Below, piece after piece: positions 16,239-25,913 of a stretch of DNA of 34,557 nucleotides (position 1 is its first letter; each line of letters begins with the position of its first letter). The DNA is taken from positions 1 to 34,557 of the forward strand of contig CAYUYD010000002.1 in assembly GCA_964449105.1 (NCBI GenBank), written 5' to 3'. The stretch comes from an uncultured Planctomycetaceae bacterium. Lineage in GTDB: Bacteria > Planctomycetota > Phycisphaerae > SM23-33. Made by a program: the position numbers and the translations under genes. Below the pieces are notes generated by a model that made no database searches, was not told the DNA's origin, and saw only the letters and a program-made list of their open reading frames with translations.

Positions 16239-17330
16239 ATGAAGATTGTCAACGTCGTCGGCGCTCGTCCTAATTTTATGAAGATTGCCCCGCTGATGTC
16301 GGCGTATAAGGATGCGGCGACTATCGAGCCGATGCTGGTCCATACCGGTCAGCATTACGACGAGCGGATGAGCGACCTTTTCTTCCGGCAATTGGGCATC
16401 CCCGAGCCGGATATCAACCTCGGCGTGGGCAGCGCCTCGCACGCCGTCCAGACTGCCGAGATTATGAAGGCCTTCGAACCGGTCGTTATTGAGCATAAAC
16501 CCGACGCCGTTCTGGTCGTCGGCGACGTCAACAGCACGATCGCCTGCGGGCTGGTGGCTGTCAAACTCGGCGTCAAACTCATCCACGTCGAAGCCGGTCT
16601 GCGAAGCGGCGACCGCTCCATGCCCGAAGAAATCAACCGCATCCTTACCGACTCCATCAGCGACCTGATGTTCTGCACCGAGCAAAGCGGCGTCGATAAC
16701 CTCACTCGCGAAGGCGTTCCCGATGAGAGGATTTTCCTCGTCGGAAACGTGATGATAGATACGCTCCTGAAAAATAAGGCAAAGGCGGACGAATCGAAGA
16801 TTCTTGACGAACAAGGTCTCAAGTGCGGTTCTTACGCCGTCCTGACGCTGCATCGTCCAGCCAATGTGGACGACCCGGCTGTGCTCGGGCGAATACTCGA
16901 CGCGCTGGAAGTGATTCAGCAGGACCTGCCGATTGTCTTTCCAATCCATCCGAGGACACGGAACAACCTGTCCGGTTCATCGCTGGCTGGACGTGTCGAA
17001 GGGATGACGGGCCTGCGTCTGATAGACCCGGTCGGCTACCTGGATTTCCTGAAACTGATCTCTTCGGCGCGACTGGTACTGACGGACTCCGGCGGGATTC
17101 AGGAAGAGACGACGATCCTGAAGGTCCCCTGCATCACGCTGCGGGAAAACACCGAGCGGCCTGTAACGGTCGAGATCGGCTCCAACCAGATTGTCGGTAC
17201 GGACCCGGAGAAGATAATCTCCGCATATCGACAGGTTGCAGAGGGGCGGGGGCGCGAGTCGCGGATTCCCGACCTTTGGGACGGATGCGCCGCCGAGCGA
17301 ATCGTCAAGATACTGGCAGAGCGTTTATAA
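16239..17330 (+). CDS. wecB: UDP-N-acetylglucosamine 2-epimerase family, non-hydrolysing (WecB; possibly WbpI/WlbD-type UDP-diNAc-uronate 2-epimerase)
   Basis: MKIVNVVGARPNFMKIAPL, LVHTGQHYD, VVGDVNST, HVEAGLRS, PEEINR and TDSGGIQEE. The ATG at 16239 has GGAAGGA upstream. The track ORF start at 16005 overlaps the divergent gene and is rejected. Confidence 0.9.
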   Translation: MKIVNVVGARPNFMKIAPLMSAYKDAATIEPMLVHTGQHYDERMSDLFFRQLGIPEPDINLGVGSASHAVQTAEIMKAFEPVVIEHKPDAVLVVGDVNSTIACGLVAVKLGVKLIHVEAGLRSGDRSMPEEINRILTDSISDLMFCTEQSGVDNLTREGVPDERIFLVGNVMIDTLLKNKAKADESKILDEQGLKCGSYAVLTLHRPANVDDPAVLGRILDALEVIQQDLPIVFPIHPRTRNNLSGSSLAGRVEGMTGLRLIDPVGYLDFLKLISSARLVLTDSGGIQEETTILKVPCITLRENTERPVTVEIGSNQIVGTDPEKIISAYRQVAEGRGRESRIPDLWDGCAAERIVKILAERL

Positions 17331-17340
17331 CCTGCTGCCT

Positions 17341-18444
17341 TTATGCCAGGAACTCTTTTACTTTCCCCGCGACATATTGAATCTGCTCGTCGGTCAGTTC
17401 CGGATAGACCGGAAGGGCCAGCGTCTCCGCGGCAGCGGCTTCTGAAACCGGGAAATCGCCGCGATTGTAGCCCAACTCGGCAAAACACTCCTGCTCGTGC
17501 AGGCTGCGGGGGTAATAAACCTCACAGCCAATGCCATGCTCCTTCAGGAACGCCTGGAGTTCATCTCGTTTGGGGATGCGGATAACGTATTGATTATAGA
17601 TAGTCTGGTTATGCTCGCGGATTACCGGCGTTTTTACCGGCTCGAAATCGGCGAAGAGTTTGTCATATTTCGCCGCGTTTTCCCGCCTACCGTTTGACCA
17701 GTAGTTCAGGTGGCGTAGTTTGACGATCAGTCCCGCCGCCTGAAGGGTATCCAATCGAAAGTTCCCGCCGACCCATTTATGATAATACTTCGGCTTGGAG
17801 CCGTGGTTTCGGCACTGGGTGAGTCTCTCGGCGAGTTCGGCGTCCTGCGTAACGACCATCCCGCTGTCGCCCATGCCGCCGAGGTTCTTCGACGGGAAGA
17901 AACTAAAGCATCCCACCGTCCCGATCGACCCTGCCTGCCTGCCCTTGTATGTCGAGCCGATGCTTTGGGCTGCATCCTCGATAACGTAGAGGTTGTGCTT
18001 GGCGGCAATCTCCATAATCGGGTCCATCTCGGCCATCTGTCCGAAGAGGTGGACCGGCATGATCGCCTTGGTTTTTTTGGTAATGGCTGCTTCGATTTTC
18101 GCCGGGTCGATGTTGAAGGTGTCCGGTTCGATATCGACGAAGACGGGCTTTGCGCCGGTCCGCCAGATGCTCCCTGCCGTGGCGAAGAAGGTGTACGGCG
18201 TGGTGATAACCTCGTCGCCTGCCCCGATGCCCAGTGTCATCAGGCTGCAAAGCAGCGCATCCGTACCGCTGGAGACGCCGACGGCGGCGGCGCAATCGCT
18301 GTATTGGACCACCTGCTTTTCCAGTTCCTTGACCTCCGGACCGTTGATGAAATACTGACTTTCCATCACGGCCTCCAGGGCAGGGAGAATCTCATCCTTT
18401 ATCGTCGCGTACTGCGCCTTCAAATCCAATAGTGGAACCTGCAT
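17341..18444 (-). CDS. wbpE: DegT-family aminotransferase, WbpE/WlbC-like (UDP-2-acetamido-2-deoxy-3-oxo-glucuronate aminotransferase)
   Basis: Collinear similarity to WbpE as I recall it: LLDLKAQYATIKDEI, INGPEVKELE, SSGTDAL, GDEVITTPYTFFAT, FSFFPSKNLGGMGDSG and NFRLDTLQAA. Confidence 0.85.
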   Translation of the reverse strand: MQVPLLDLKAQYATIKDEILPALEAVMESQYFINGPEVKELEKQVVQYSDCAAAVGVSSGTDALLCSLMTLGIGAGDEVITTPYTFFATAGSIWRTGAKPVFVDIEPDTFNIDPAKIEAAITKKTKAIMPVHLFGQMAEMDPIMEIAAKHNLYVIEDAAQSIGSTYKGRQAGSIGTVGCFSFFPSKNLGGMGDSGMVVTQDAELAERLTQCRNHGSKPKYYHKWVGGNFRLDTLQAAGLIVKLRHLNYWSNGRRENAAKYDKLFADFEPVKTPVIREHNQTIYNQYVIRIPKRDELQAFLKEHGIGCEVYYPRSLHEQECFAELGYNRGDFPVSEAAAAETLALPVYPELTDEQIQYVAGKVKEFLA

Positions 18445-18467
18445 CTTAATTAAATCCTTTCTTTCTT

Positions 18468-18493
18468 CACGGGCGGGACGCCCATGCTACGCG
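18468..18493. repeat. GC-rich palindromic intergenic element (short form) sharing a CCATGCTACGC tail with the element at 27885..27932
   Basis: The sequence is cacGGGCGggaCGCCCatgctacgcgg, lying between wbpD and wbpE. It has a 5-bp stem and a 3-nt loop. Confidence 0.6.
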
Positions 18494-18496
18494 GCA

Positions 18497-19078
18497 TTAT
18501 GCCGGCTGAAGCACGTCGTTCACAAGTTTGTACTCCAAGCCGCATCTTTGACAGACGGCGGCGTCACCGGCGAGGTTCAGTTTCACACCACACTGGCAGA
18601 CCCATCCGTGCCGACGGGCGGGATTGCCGTAAACCAATGCGTAATCCGGTACGTCGGTGGTAACAACAGCGCCGGCCCCGATAAGGGCGTATCGCCCTAT
18701 CGTATTCCCACAGACTACTGTCGCGTTGGCGCCAATGGTCGCGCCTCGCTTGACGAGCGTGTTCATGTACTCATCCTTGCGCGAAACGTGGCTGCGAGGG
18801 TTGAAAACGTTGGTGAAGACCATGCTTGGCCCGCAGAACGTGTCGTCCTCCAGTGTAACGTTGTCGTAGATGGAGACGTTGTTCTGGACCTTGACGTTAT
18901 CGCCGAGGACGGCCTTTCCGCCGATGTTGACGTTCTGCCCGATTGAGCAGCCTTTGCCGATTACCGCGCCGCTCATAATGTGGCTGAAGTGCCAGACCTT
19001 CGTTCCTTCGCCTATTACGGCGCCTTCATCGACGTAACTGCTTTCATGCACGAAATAAGGTTTTTTGTCCTTGCTCAT
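18497..19078 (-). CDS. wbpD: Hexapeptide-repeat N-acetyltransferase, WbpD/WlbB-like (UDP-2-acetamido-3-amino-2,3-dideoxy-glucuronate N-acetyltransferase)
   Basis: Very close to WbpD over the whole length as I recall it: [67 protein letters not shown] and [16 protein letters not shown]. Confidence 0.88.
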   Translation of the reverse strand: MSKDKKPYFVHESSYVDEGAVIGEGTKVWHFSHIMSGAVIGKGCSIGQNVNIGGKAVLGDNVKVQNNVSIYDNVTLEDDTFCGPSMVFTNVFNPRSHVSRKDEYMNTLVKRGATIGANATVVCGNTIGRYALIGAGAVVTTDVPDYALVYGNPARRHGWVCQCGVKLNLAGDAAVCQRCGLEYKLVNDVLQPA

Positions 19079-19103
19079 GGGTAAGCCTTAAAATTTTCCT
19101 TCA

Positions 19104-20111
19104 CTATACCAAGTTGACAGGTTCTCCGCCGCGGGCCAGCGATTTCGCTCCGGCTTCGAGCACTTTGACCACCCGCAGGCCGTCGGCCCCGTCGCTCAGC
19201 GGGGTCTTGTCCTTGACGATGGCGTCTATGAAGTGCCCGCACTCGGTCTTGAGCGGCTCACCGGCGGGGACCTTGGGAATAAGGATGTCGCCGGTCCGCA
19301 AAGTAATGGCCTCGACGTAACTTGAAACGCTCTTCTGCACCTCAGCGCCCTTGTCATAGACGCGGATCTTCTCGGACGCTTCCATATCGTCGAAAACGAC
19401 CATCTTCTGAGAGCCGACGAGTGTTACCTTGCGGATTTTATGCGGGTCCAGCCAGGAGACGTGGATGTGCGCCATTCTGCCGTCGGCGAATTTCAGGTTG
19501 GCGAAGACCACGTCCTCGACGCCTTCGCGCAGGTACGCCTGCCCGCTGGCCGAGATGCTCACCGGTTCGGCGTCGAAAAGATAGCACGCCACCGACACAT
19601 CGTGCGGCGCAAGCGACCACCAGGCATTTTCCACCTTGCGGACGATGCCGAGGTTAACGCGCTGGAAATACAGATAGAGCGGCTTGCCGACCTTGCCGGA
19701 CGTAATCGCCTGCTTCATGTAATTTACGGCGGGGTGGTACTCCAGCAGATGACCGACCATCAGTTTGAGTTTTTTTTCGGCGGCAAGGTCCACGAGAGCC
19801 CTGGAATCGTCGCTTGTCAGCGTCAATGGTTTTTCGACATAGGTGTGCTTGCCTGCCCGCAGCGCGGCAGCGGCAATCTTGAAATGCAGCGGCGCATCGA
19901 CCGCCACCACGACCGCATCGACCTGCTCGTCGCCGAAGGCCTCGTCCATGTCGCCGATTACCCTGGCCTGGGGATACAAGGACGACATCCCCTGCCGGAC
20001 CTTTTCGTCGAGGTCGCAGATGTACCGCAACTCCGCATCCGGCAGCGAAGCGAAATTACGCACAAGGTTCCTGCCCCAGTTGCCCGCACCGACAACAGCA
20101 ACGCCAATCAT
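19104..20111 (-). CDS. Gfo/Idh/MocA-family NAD-dependent oxidoreductase, WbpB/WlbA-like by context (UDP-GlcNAcA 3-dehydrogenase)
   Basis: MIGVAVVGAGNWGRNLVRNF Rossmann start, EKPL motif (YVEKPLTL), and a C-terminal alpha/beta domain. It sits immediately upstream of wbpD/wbpE-like genes. The ATG at 20111 has GGGAG upstream and is preferred to 20138. Confidence 0.75.
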   Translation of the reverse strand: MIGVAVVGAGNWGRNLVRNFASLPDAELRYICDLDEKVRQGMSSLYPQARVIGDMDEAFGDEQVDAVVVAVDAPLHFKIAAAALRAGKHTYVEKPLTLTSDDSRALVDLAAEKKLKLMVGHLLEYHPAVNYMKQAITSGKVGKPLYLYFQRVNLGIVRKVENAWWSLAPHDVSVACYLFDAEPVSISASGQAYLREGVEDVVFANLKFADGRMAHIHVSWLDPHKIRKVTLVGSQKMVVFDDMEASEKIRVYDKGAEVQKSVSSYVEAITLRTGDILIPKVPAGEPLKTECGHFIDAIVKDKTPLSDGADGLRVVKVLEAGAKSLARGGEPVNLV

Positions 20112-20278
20112 TTCCGACTCCCTATCGAAATCACACAAAGAATGCCTATAGACCGAAAACTCCAGGCAAGCCGTGTACCATATATCGGCTGATTTTGCAA
20201 GGCTTTTGAGTTATCCCAAAAGGATTTCGACGGCAATTCCGGAAACCGCCATACGGACCGCAGAGGTTACGAAGGCGT

Positions 20279-21502
20279 TCACTTATGCCCGGTATCTGTT
20301 TCGGGCTTGCTCGAGGTGCTGCGCTGTTCGGGGTGGACCATACGTTTGGCGATGAAGATAATCGCAATGATAATCATGATACCTGCGTCCACTAATAGAG
20401 CGTATCTTCCCCGCATGAATATCGCCTGTCCGACTCCCAGCGCCGCTGCCAGCAGCGCCAAGCCATAGAACAGCACGACGACCTTCTTTACGCTCATGCC
20501 TCGGTCCACCAGTTGGTCGTAGAGGTGGCTTCGGTCGCCGGTGAAGATATTCACACCGGAAATGACCCGCCTGACCACGGCAAGAGCCGTGTCTATAATC
20601 GGCAGACCGAAGACAACACAGGCCGCCAGGAACCATCGCGCGTTTCCCTCCAGCGCGAATAACATTATCATCGCGGCTACGGAAAATCCCAGCAACATCG
20701 AACCGGCGTCGCCGAGAAAGATGCTCGCCGGGTGAATGTTATAGGGTAAAAAACCAATCACCGCCCCGGCCATTGCCAGGCAGAGAATGATCCGGAACTG
20801 GTCGGTCTCCTTTGTTGCAGGACTAGGGTAACATGCCAGGTACACCGTCAGTGCGACGAATCCCAGCGTGATGATTCCGGTAACGCCGCCGCACAATCCG
20901 TCCAGGCCGTCCAGCAGGTTGGTGGCGTTGCAGGCGGCTACCACCACAATCATCGTCAGACCGGCAGAGAACACCGTCGCCAACCAGGCAGGAGCCGTCA
21001 GACCCAGCGGCGACAGAAACATCTTCGCCGCCGAGAGATGAATACCCGCGGTGCACAGTCCCGCGAACAGTATCCCCGCCGTTACCACCTGACCGGCAAC
21101 TTTGTACATCGGCTTGAGGTTCAGCAAGTCATCCAGCAGCCCCGTCAGCGTGATTGTAACGGCGGCAGCGCCGATCATAATCGATATCGTCCAGAGTTGT
21201 GGATGATGGATTACGCCGGCAGTCAGGGCGACCAAAAAGCCTATGCAGACCGCCAGTCCGCCGAGGTACGCAACAGGCCTGCCGTGAGGTTTGAGAAGGT
21301 CATCCGGGCGGTCAACTATTTTGGCGCGGTAGGCGATCCAACGAAAAAGCGGAGTGAGTACGACCGACACGCCATAGGCGAGTATCGCCAGAGGCCAGAT
21401 GCCCTCCAGAACTTCCATCGGTAAATACATAACAGCCATATGACCTTTCCCCGACGCCGCCAGGCCGCCAAAATCCCCATCCACCGGGGATTCTATCGTC
21501 AT
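20279..21502 (-). CDS. MraY/WecA/WbpL-family polyprenyl-phosphate HexNAc-1-phosphate transferase (initiating transferase)
   Basis: Polytopic membrane protein with the motifs NATNLLDGLDGL and IFLGDAGSMLLGF. The start is uncertain, with several in-frame Met codons in the first 30 codons. Confidence 0.88.
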   Translation of the reverse strand: MTIESPVDGDFGGLAASGKGHMAVMYLPMEVLEGIWPLAILAYGVSVVLTPLFRWIAYRAKIVDRPDDLLKPHGRPVAYLGGLAVCIGFLVALTAGVIHHPQLWTISIMIGAAAVTITLTGLLDDLLNLKPMYKVAGQVVTAGILFAGLCTAGIHLSAAKMFLSPLGLTAPAWLATVFSAGLTMIVVVAACNATNLLDGLDGLCGGVTGIITLGFVALTVYLACYPSPATKETDQFRIILCLAMAGAVIGFLPYNIHPASIFLGDAGSMLLGFSVAAMIMLFALEGNARWFLAACVVFGLPIIDTALAVVRRVISGVNIFTGDRSHLYDQLVDRGMSVKKVVVLFYGLALLAAALGVGQAIFMRGRYALLVDAGIMIIIAIIFIAKRMVHPEQRSTSSKPETDTGHK

Positions 21503-21561
21503 ACCGAAGAGATTTCCACCGACTTTTTCGAAACAGACTTATAAACAAGTGGAACTGGTCA

Positions 21562-24500
21562 TTATTTATCTATCGGCTTGACGTGATCGGCGTGTTCGGC
21601 TTCGGGTTTTTGAAGTCCGCCAAGCCCGAAATGCGCAGCCGCTCGGTAGATCGTTACATACAGCGTAGGAACGACCACCAGCGTCAGGGTTGTTGCAAAT
21701 CCAAGCCCGAAGATAACCACAATGGCCATACTGGACCAAAACTGACCGGACTCGCTCCTTGTGGCCAATGTCATATCGTGGAAATCGAAGCTGATACCCG
21801 TCGCCATTGGCAGCAGACCGAGGATTGTGGTAACCGCCGTCAGAAGGACGGGGCGCAGGCGGGTGGCGCCGGCTTCGAGGGCTGCGGCGACAACGTCCAT
21901 TCCCCGCCTCTGCAATCGGCGGGTGTAATCCAGAAGGACGATGGCGTTGTTGACCACGACGCCGGCCAGGCTGATTACGCCCACGCCCGTCATGATAATA
22001 CCGAACGGCAGCCGGCATATCAGCAGCCCGCTCAAGACCCCGATCATCGAGAGGATGATCGTCCACATAATGATAAACGGTGCGGACAGCGTGTTAAACT
22101 GCGCTACCAGGATAAGCACGATGAGCAGCAGCGCGAAGGCGAACGCCTTCGTCAGGAAGGTCATTGCCTTGTCCTGCTCCTCCTTCTGACCGGCGTAGCG
22201 GATTGAATAACCCTCCGGCGTCTTCATACCGGCCAACCGGCCTTGAACGTCCTTCAAGACTTCGGTATCAAGCCTGCCTTCGGCGTCGGCGGTCAGTGTA
22301 ACGACGCGTTTTCGATCCACGCGATTGATTGTGCCAAACCCGCCCTCGTACCTGAAATCGCCCAGCGAACTGAGCGGTACGGGTCGGCCTGAATCGTTGG
22401 GCACCTGCAGGCGCAAGATGTCCGGGATGTCGCTGCGATGCGATTCGGGAAGGCGGATGGTTATATCGTATTCGTCGTTGAATAGACGGTACGTGCTGAC
22501 CTTCCACCCGAAGACGCAGGCCTTCAGAAAGTTTCCGATTACCGAGGCGTTCACCCCCAGCAGCATTGTCCGCCCGCGATCGGTGGCAAACTTCAACTCC
22601 GGGCGTGTAGCCTCCAGGTCGCTTCGGAGGTTCACCAGTCCCGGAACATCCTCAATCATCGACTTGGCACGTTCGGAGAGTTTTTCCAGTTCCTCAAATT
22701 CCCTTCCGATGATGCGTACGGTAACTGCCGCTCCGGTGGGCGGACCTTCCCTTTCCTTCTCGACCTTTATCTCCGCTCCGGGTATGTCGGCAAGCACCTC
22801 GCGGATTTCCTTTACCGCATCGGCCGATTTGCGCGGGCGGTCCTGGAAATCGTGGAAAATAAGCGTGATGTCGGCGATGTGCGGACCGCCGCCCCCGCTA
22901 CCGAAAATCATCTGCCCACCGCCCGAACCGACGTTGGTAACGACGTTCTTCAGGTCGCCTCGCTTCCTCCATGGTTCCAGGCGGCGCTCGACAATTCCCG
23001 CCAGCCGGTCGGCCTCCCTGATGTTCGTCCCCTGCGGACATCGTATGTTAATCATCGCCCGGTTGGGGTCGGACTGGGGGAACAATTCAATCCCTCGCCC
23101 TCGCTTGTAGTAGGTAATCCCCGCACCGACCAGCAGCAAAGACACCAACCCCAGGGTAACCGCCCAGTGATGCACCGCCTTATTGAGCAGCCCGTGGTAA
23201 GCGTGTATGAACGGGTGGCGCTCGTGGACCTTTCGCACGTGACCTGAAAGGACCGCGCATAACGTTGGGCTGATTACCAGGGCTACGAAAAGCGAACTGC
23301 TCAGCGTGATAATCAGCGTGATAGGCAGGTACTTCATGAACTCGCCCATAATCCCAGGCCAGAAGAGCAGCGGCGAGAATGCGGCGATGGTGGTGGCACT
23401 CGATGCTATCACCGGCCAGGCGACCTCCGAAGCGCCCTTCATCGACGCCTCGATCTGCCCGTAACCTATCTGCCTATGGCGGAAGATGTTCTCGACGATG
23501 ACGATCGCGTTATCGACCATCATGCCCAAAGCCAGTGTCAGGCCGAACAGCACGACCATGTTCAGCGTGTGCCCAAGCGCCTGAATAACGGCGAAACTGA
23601 TTAACATGCTGATCGGTACCGCGGTGGCTACGATGCTGCTTGTCCGCCATCCCATGAACGCCATCAGCACAGCCACAATGAGGATCAGCCCGGTAACGAT
23701 GTTGTTTTCCAGGTCGGCAACCAGCATGCGTATGTCTTTTGACTGGTCCATGGTCAGTTCGATCCTGACGCCGGCTGGAACCTGTTTGCGGGCTTCGGCG
23801 AGAATGGCCTTAATCCGGTCGGCGACCTCGACGATATTGGCGCCGGTGGACTTGCGAACGTTAATGGTAACGCTTTCGGCGCCGTCCAGCCGGGCGTAAC
23901 TTTCGCGATCCTTGAAGGTGTCCCGCACTGTTACCACGTCGGCCAGATAGATGGTCTTCCCGTTCCGGACGGTCAGGGGCAGGTGCGCGATATCATCAAC
24001 CTCGTCGAATTCGGCCTGGAGGCGGACGTTGAACTTCGTTCCGGGCGTCTCCAGTCCGCCGGCGGAGATGTTGACGTTTTCAGCGCCGACCCGCGTCAGC
24101 AGTTCAGGGATGGTCAGACCGTATGCGGCCACGCGGTCCGGATCAATCTCCAGGCGTATCTCGCGCTCCAAAGTGCCGAGCACGTCCGCTTCCAGAACGC
24201 CTGATACCTGCTCGATGGCGTCCTCCAGTTCGTCCGCGATTACCTTGAGCCGAACCGGCGAAATGTCGCCGGAGAGGCTGATGATAAGGATCGGGAAGTC
24301 AGCAACGTTAATTTCCTTAATGACCGGCTCATCGGCATCGTCGGGCAGTTCGCCTCTGGCAAGGTCAACCTTGTCGCGGACGTACTGAAGGGCGTCCTCG
24401 ATGCGGACCTCAGGCTGGAACTCTATCATGACGACGGAGGACCCCTCGGCGCTGCTGGAGGTTATCTCCTTGACGCCCTTGAGACCGGTAAGTTTGTTCT

Positions 24501-24702
24501 CAATCTTAATCGTTACCTGACTCTCGACGTCTTTGGGCGAAGCGCCCTCGTAGGGCGTGGTAACGAGTACGAAGGGAATGGGCACGTCCGGAGCCGCCTC
24601 CCGCGGCAGCGTAACGTAACTATATGCCCCGAGCGCGGCGATCAGCACCATCAGCACGAATACTGTCGTGCGATTCTTAATGGCTGTGTCCGAAATCAGC
24701 AT
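21562..24702 (-). CDS. RND efflux transporter permease (AcrB/HAE-type)
   Basis: 1046 aa with a 12-TM, two-large-loop architecture. N-terminus AIKNRTTVFVLMVLIAALGAYSY, plus VVDNAIVIVENI and VVNNAIVLLDY segments typical of the ACR_tran family. Confidence 0.93.
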   Translation of the reverse strand: MLISDTAIKNRTTVFVLMVLIAALGAYSYVTLPREAAPDVPIPFVLVTTPYEGASPKDVESQVTIKIENKLTGLKGVKEITSSSAEGSSVVMIEFQPEVRIEDALQYVRDKVDLARGELPDDADEPVIKEINVADFPILIISLSGDISPVRLKVIADELEDAIEQVSGVLEADVLGTLEREIRLEIDPDRVAAYGLTIPELLTRVGAENVNISAGGLETPGTKFNVRLQAEFDEVDDIAHLPLTVRNGKTIYLADVVTVRDTFKDRESYARLDGAESVTINVRKSTGANIVEVADRIKAILAEARKQVPAGVRIELTMDQSKDIRMLVADLENNIVTGLILIVAVLMAFMGWRTSSIVATAVPISMLISFAVIQALGHTLNMVVLFGLTLALGMMVDNAIVIVENIFRHRQIGYGQIEASMKGASEVAWPVIASSATTIAAFSPLLFWPGIMGEFMKYLPITLIITLSSSLFVALVISPTLCAVLSGHVRKVHERHPFIHAYHGLLNKAVHHWAVTLGLVSLLLVGAGITYYKRGRGIELFPQSDPNRAMINIRCPQGTNIREADRLAGIVERRLEPWRKRGDLKNVVTNVGSGGGQMIFGSGGGGPHIADITLIFHDFQDRPRKSADAVKEIREVLADIPGAEIKVEKEREGPPTGAAVTVRIIGREFEELEKLSERAKSMIEDVPGLVNLRSDLEATRPELKFATDRGRTMLLGVNASVIGNFLKACVFGWKVSTYRLFNDEYDITIRLPESHRSDIPDILRLQVPNDSGRPVPLSSLGDFRYEGGFGTINRVDRKRVVTLTADAEGRLDTEVLKDVQGRLAGMKTPEGYSIRYAGQKEEQDKAMTFLTKAFAFALLLIVLILVAQFNTLSAPFIIMWTIILSMIGVLSGLLICRLPFGIIMTGVGVISLAGVVVNNAIVLLDYTRRLQRRGMDVVAAALEAGATRLRPVLLTAVTTILGLLPMATGISFDFHDMTLATRSESGQFWSSMAIVVIFGLGFATTLTLVVVPTLYVTIYRAAAHFGLGGLQKPEAEHADHVKPIDK

Positions 24703-24705
24703 GGT

Positions 24706-25881
24706 CTATTTACCATCCTCCGTTTCGCCCTCTTCGTTCGCGTCGGAGGGTTGACTCATCGGCTGCGAGGTTGCGAGACCGCTCGATTCCTGCTCTTTCA
24801 CCTCCCCGCCCGGCGAGACGAAGCGCAGACCCTCGACGATTAACCGCTCCCCCGTCTCCAGGCCCTTTCGGACAAGAACGCGCCCGCCCTTGAGAAAACC
24901 CGGATCCAGTTCCACCTCGCGCCGCTCGGCCTTGCCGTCCTCGACGACATAAACGACATAGACGACCTTTTTACCCTCCTCTATCGGGATGACGACCTCC
25001 AGCGGAACCAGGATCACGTCGGTCAGTTCCCGTCGAAGCAGGCGGACGTTAACAATCTGTCCGCCCCAGAGAACCCCGTCGCGGTTGTCCACATTAATCT
25101 CCACTCGCGTGGTGTTCGCCATCGGGTCGATCAGTTTGCTGATATAGGCGACCTTCCCGGTCAGAGTCTTGCCGGATTGGCCCGAAAGAATGACCTGCTC
25201 TTCCCTGCCTATTTTCAAAAATGGCACGTCCCGCTCGGAAACATCGACGACGACCTTGGCAGGGTCCAAATCGACGATCACCGCCACGACTTCGCCGGGA
25301 TTAACATACGCGCCGACTTCCGGGATTATCTTGTTCAGCGTCCCGTCGATGGGCGCGACGATAACGGAGCGGTCGCGTCTGGCCTTGGCAATGTCGAACG
25401 CCGCCTTGCTGAGGGCGACCTTTGTCCGGGCCTGATCGGCTTCGTTGGCGGTGGCTGCGCCTTTCTTTTGAAGATCGGCGATATGCTCGTATTCGCGGGC
25501 GTCGAACTGGTATTGCGCCATGTCGCGGTCGAACTCCGCCCGGAGTATGTCGGTATTCAGGCGAATTATCTCTTCGCCCGCCCGGACGTCCCGACCTTCC
25601 TGGCCGACAACCTGCTCGACGCGCCCGGACACCTCGGCGGAAACCTCCACTATGCGGTCTGCCTCGACCCTGCCGACTATCTCGAATGTGTCCAGCACCT
25701 TCGATTCAGGACTGATAACTACCGTTCTGACGTTAATCGCAGGCCGACCGCTCGCCGGCTTATCCTCGCTGCGCTTTTTCAGCACCAACGCAATGAGAAC
25801 CACAGCCGCCAGCGCCGTAAGCAGAATCATCGCCGGGGCCGATTTACGAAGGATTCGACCCAATTTTGCCTGTTCACTCAT
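24706..25881 (-). CDS. RND efflux periplasmic adaptor (membrane fusion protein, HlyD family)
   Basis: N-terminal anchor helix, a coiled-coil segment (LRAEFDRDMAQYQFDAREYEHIADLQKKGAATANEADQARTKVALSKAAFDIAKA) and beta-barrel regions (IVAPIDGTL). Its stop lies 3 nt before the RND start. Confidence 0.9.
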   Translation of the reverse strand: MSEQAKLGRILRKSAPAMILLTALAAVVLIALVLKKRSEDKPASGRPAINVRTVVISPESKVLDTFEIVGRVEADRIVEVSAEVSGRVEQVVGQEGRDVRAGEEIIRLNTDILRAEFDRDMAQYQFDAREYEHIADLQKKGAATANEADQARTKVALSKAAFDIAKARRDRSVIVAPIDGTLNKIIPEVGAYVNPGEVVAVIVDLDPAKVVVDVSERDVPFLKIGREEQVILSGQSGKTLTGKVAYISKLIDPMANTTRVEINVDNRDGVLWGGQIVNVRLLRRELTDVILVPLEVVIPIEEGKKVVYVVYVVEDGKAERREVELDPGFLKGGRVLVRKGLETGERLIVEGLRFVSPGGEVKEQESSGLATSQPMSQPSDANEEGETEDGK

Positions 25882-25913
25882 GATTACCTCTGTCTAATCA
25901 GATTTAAGGTGGC

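Noticed and set aside
17328-17343. The convergent wecB and wbpE stops are only 10 nt apart with no terminator.
   Set aside because: This is a real observation that implies overlapping 3' UTRs. It is common in compact genomes and supports no specific claim.
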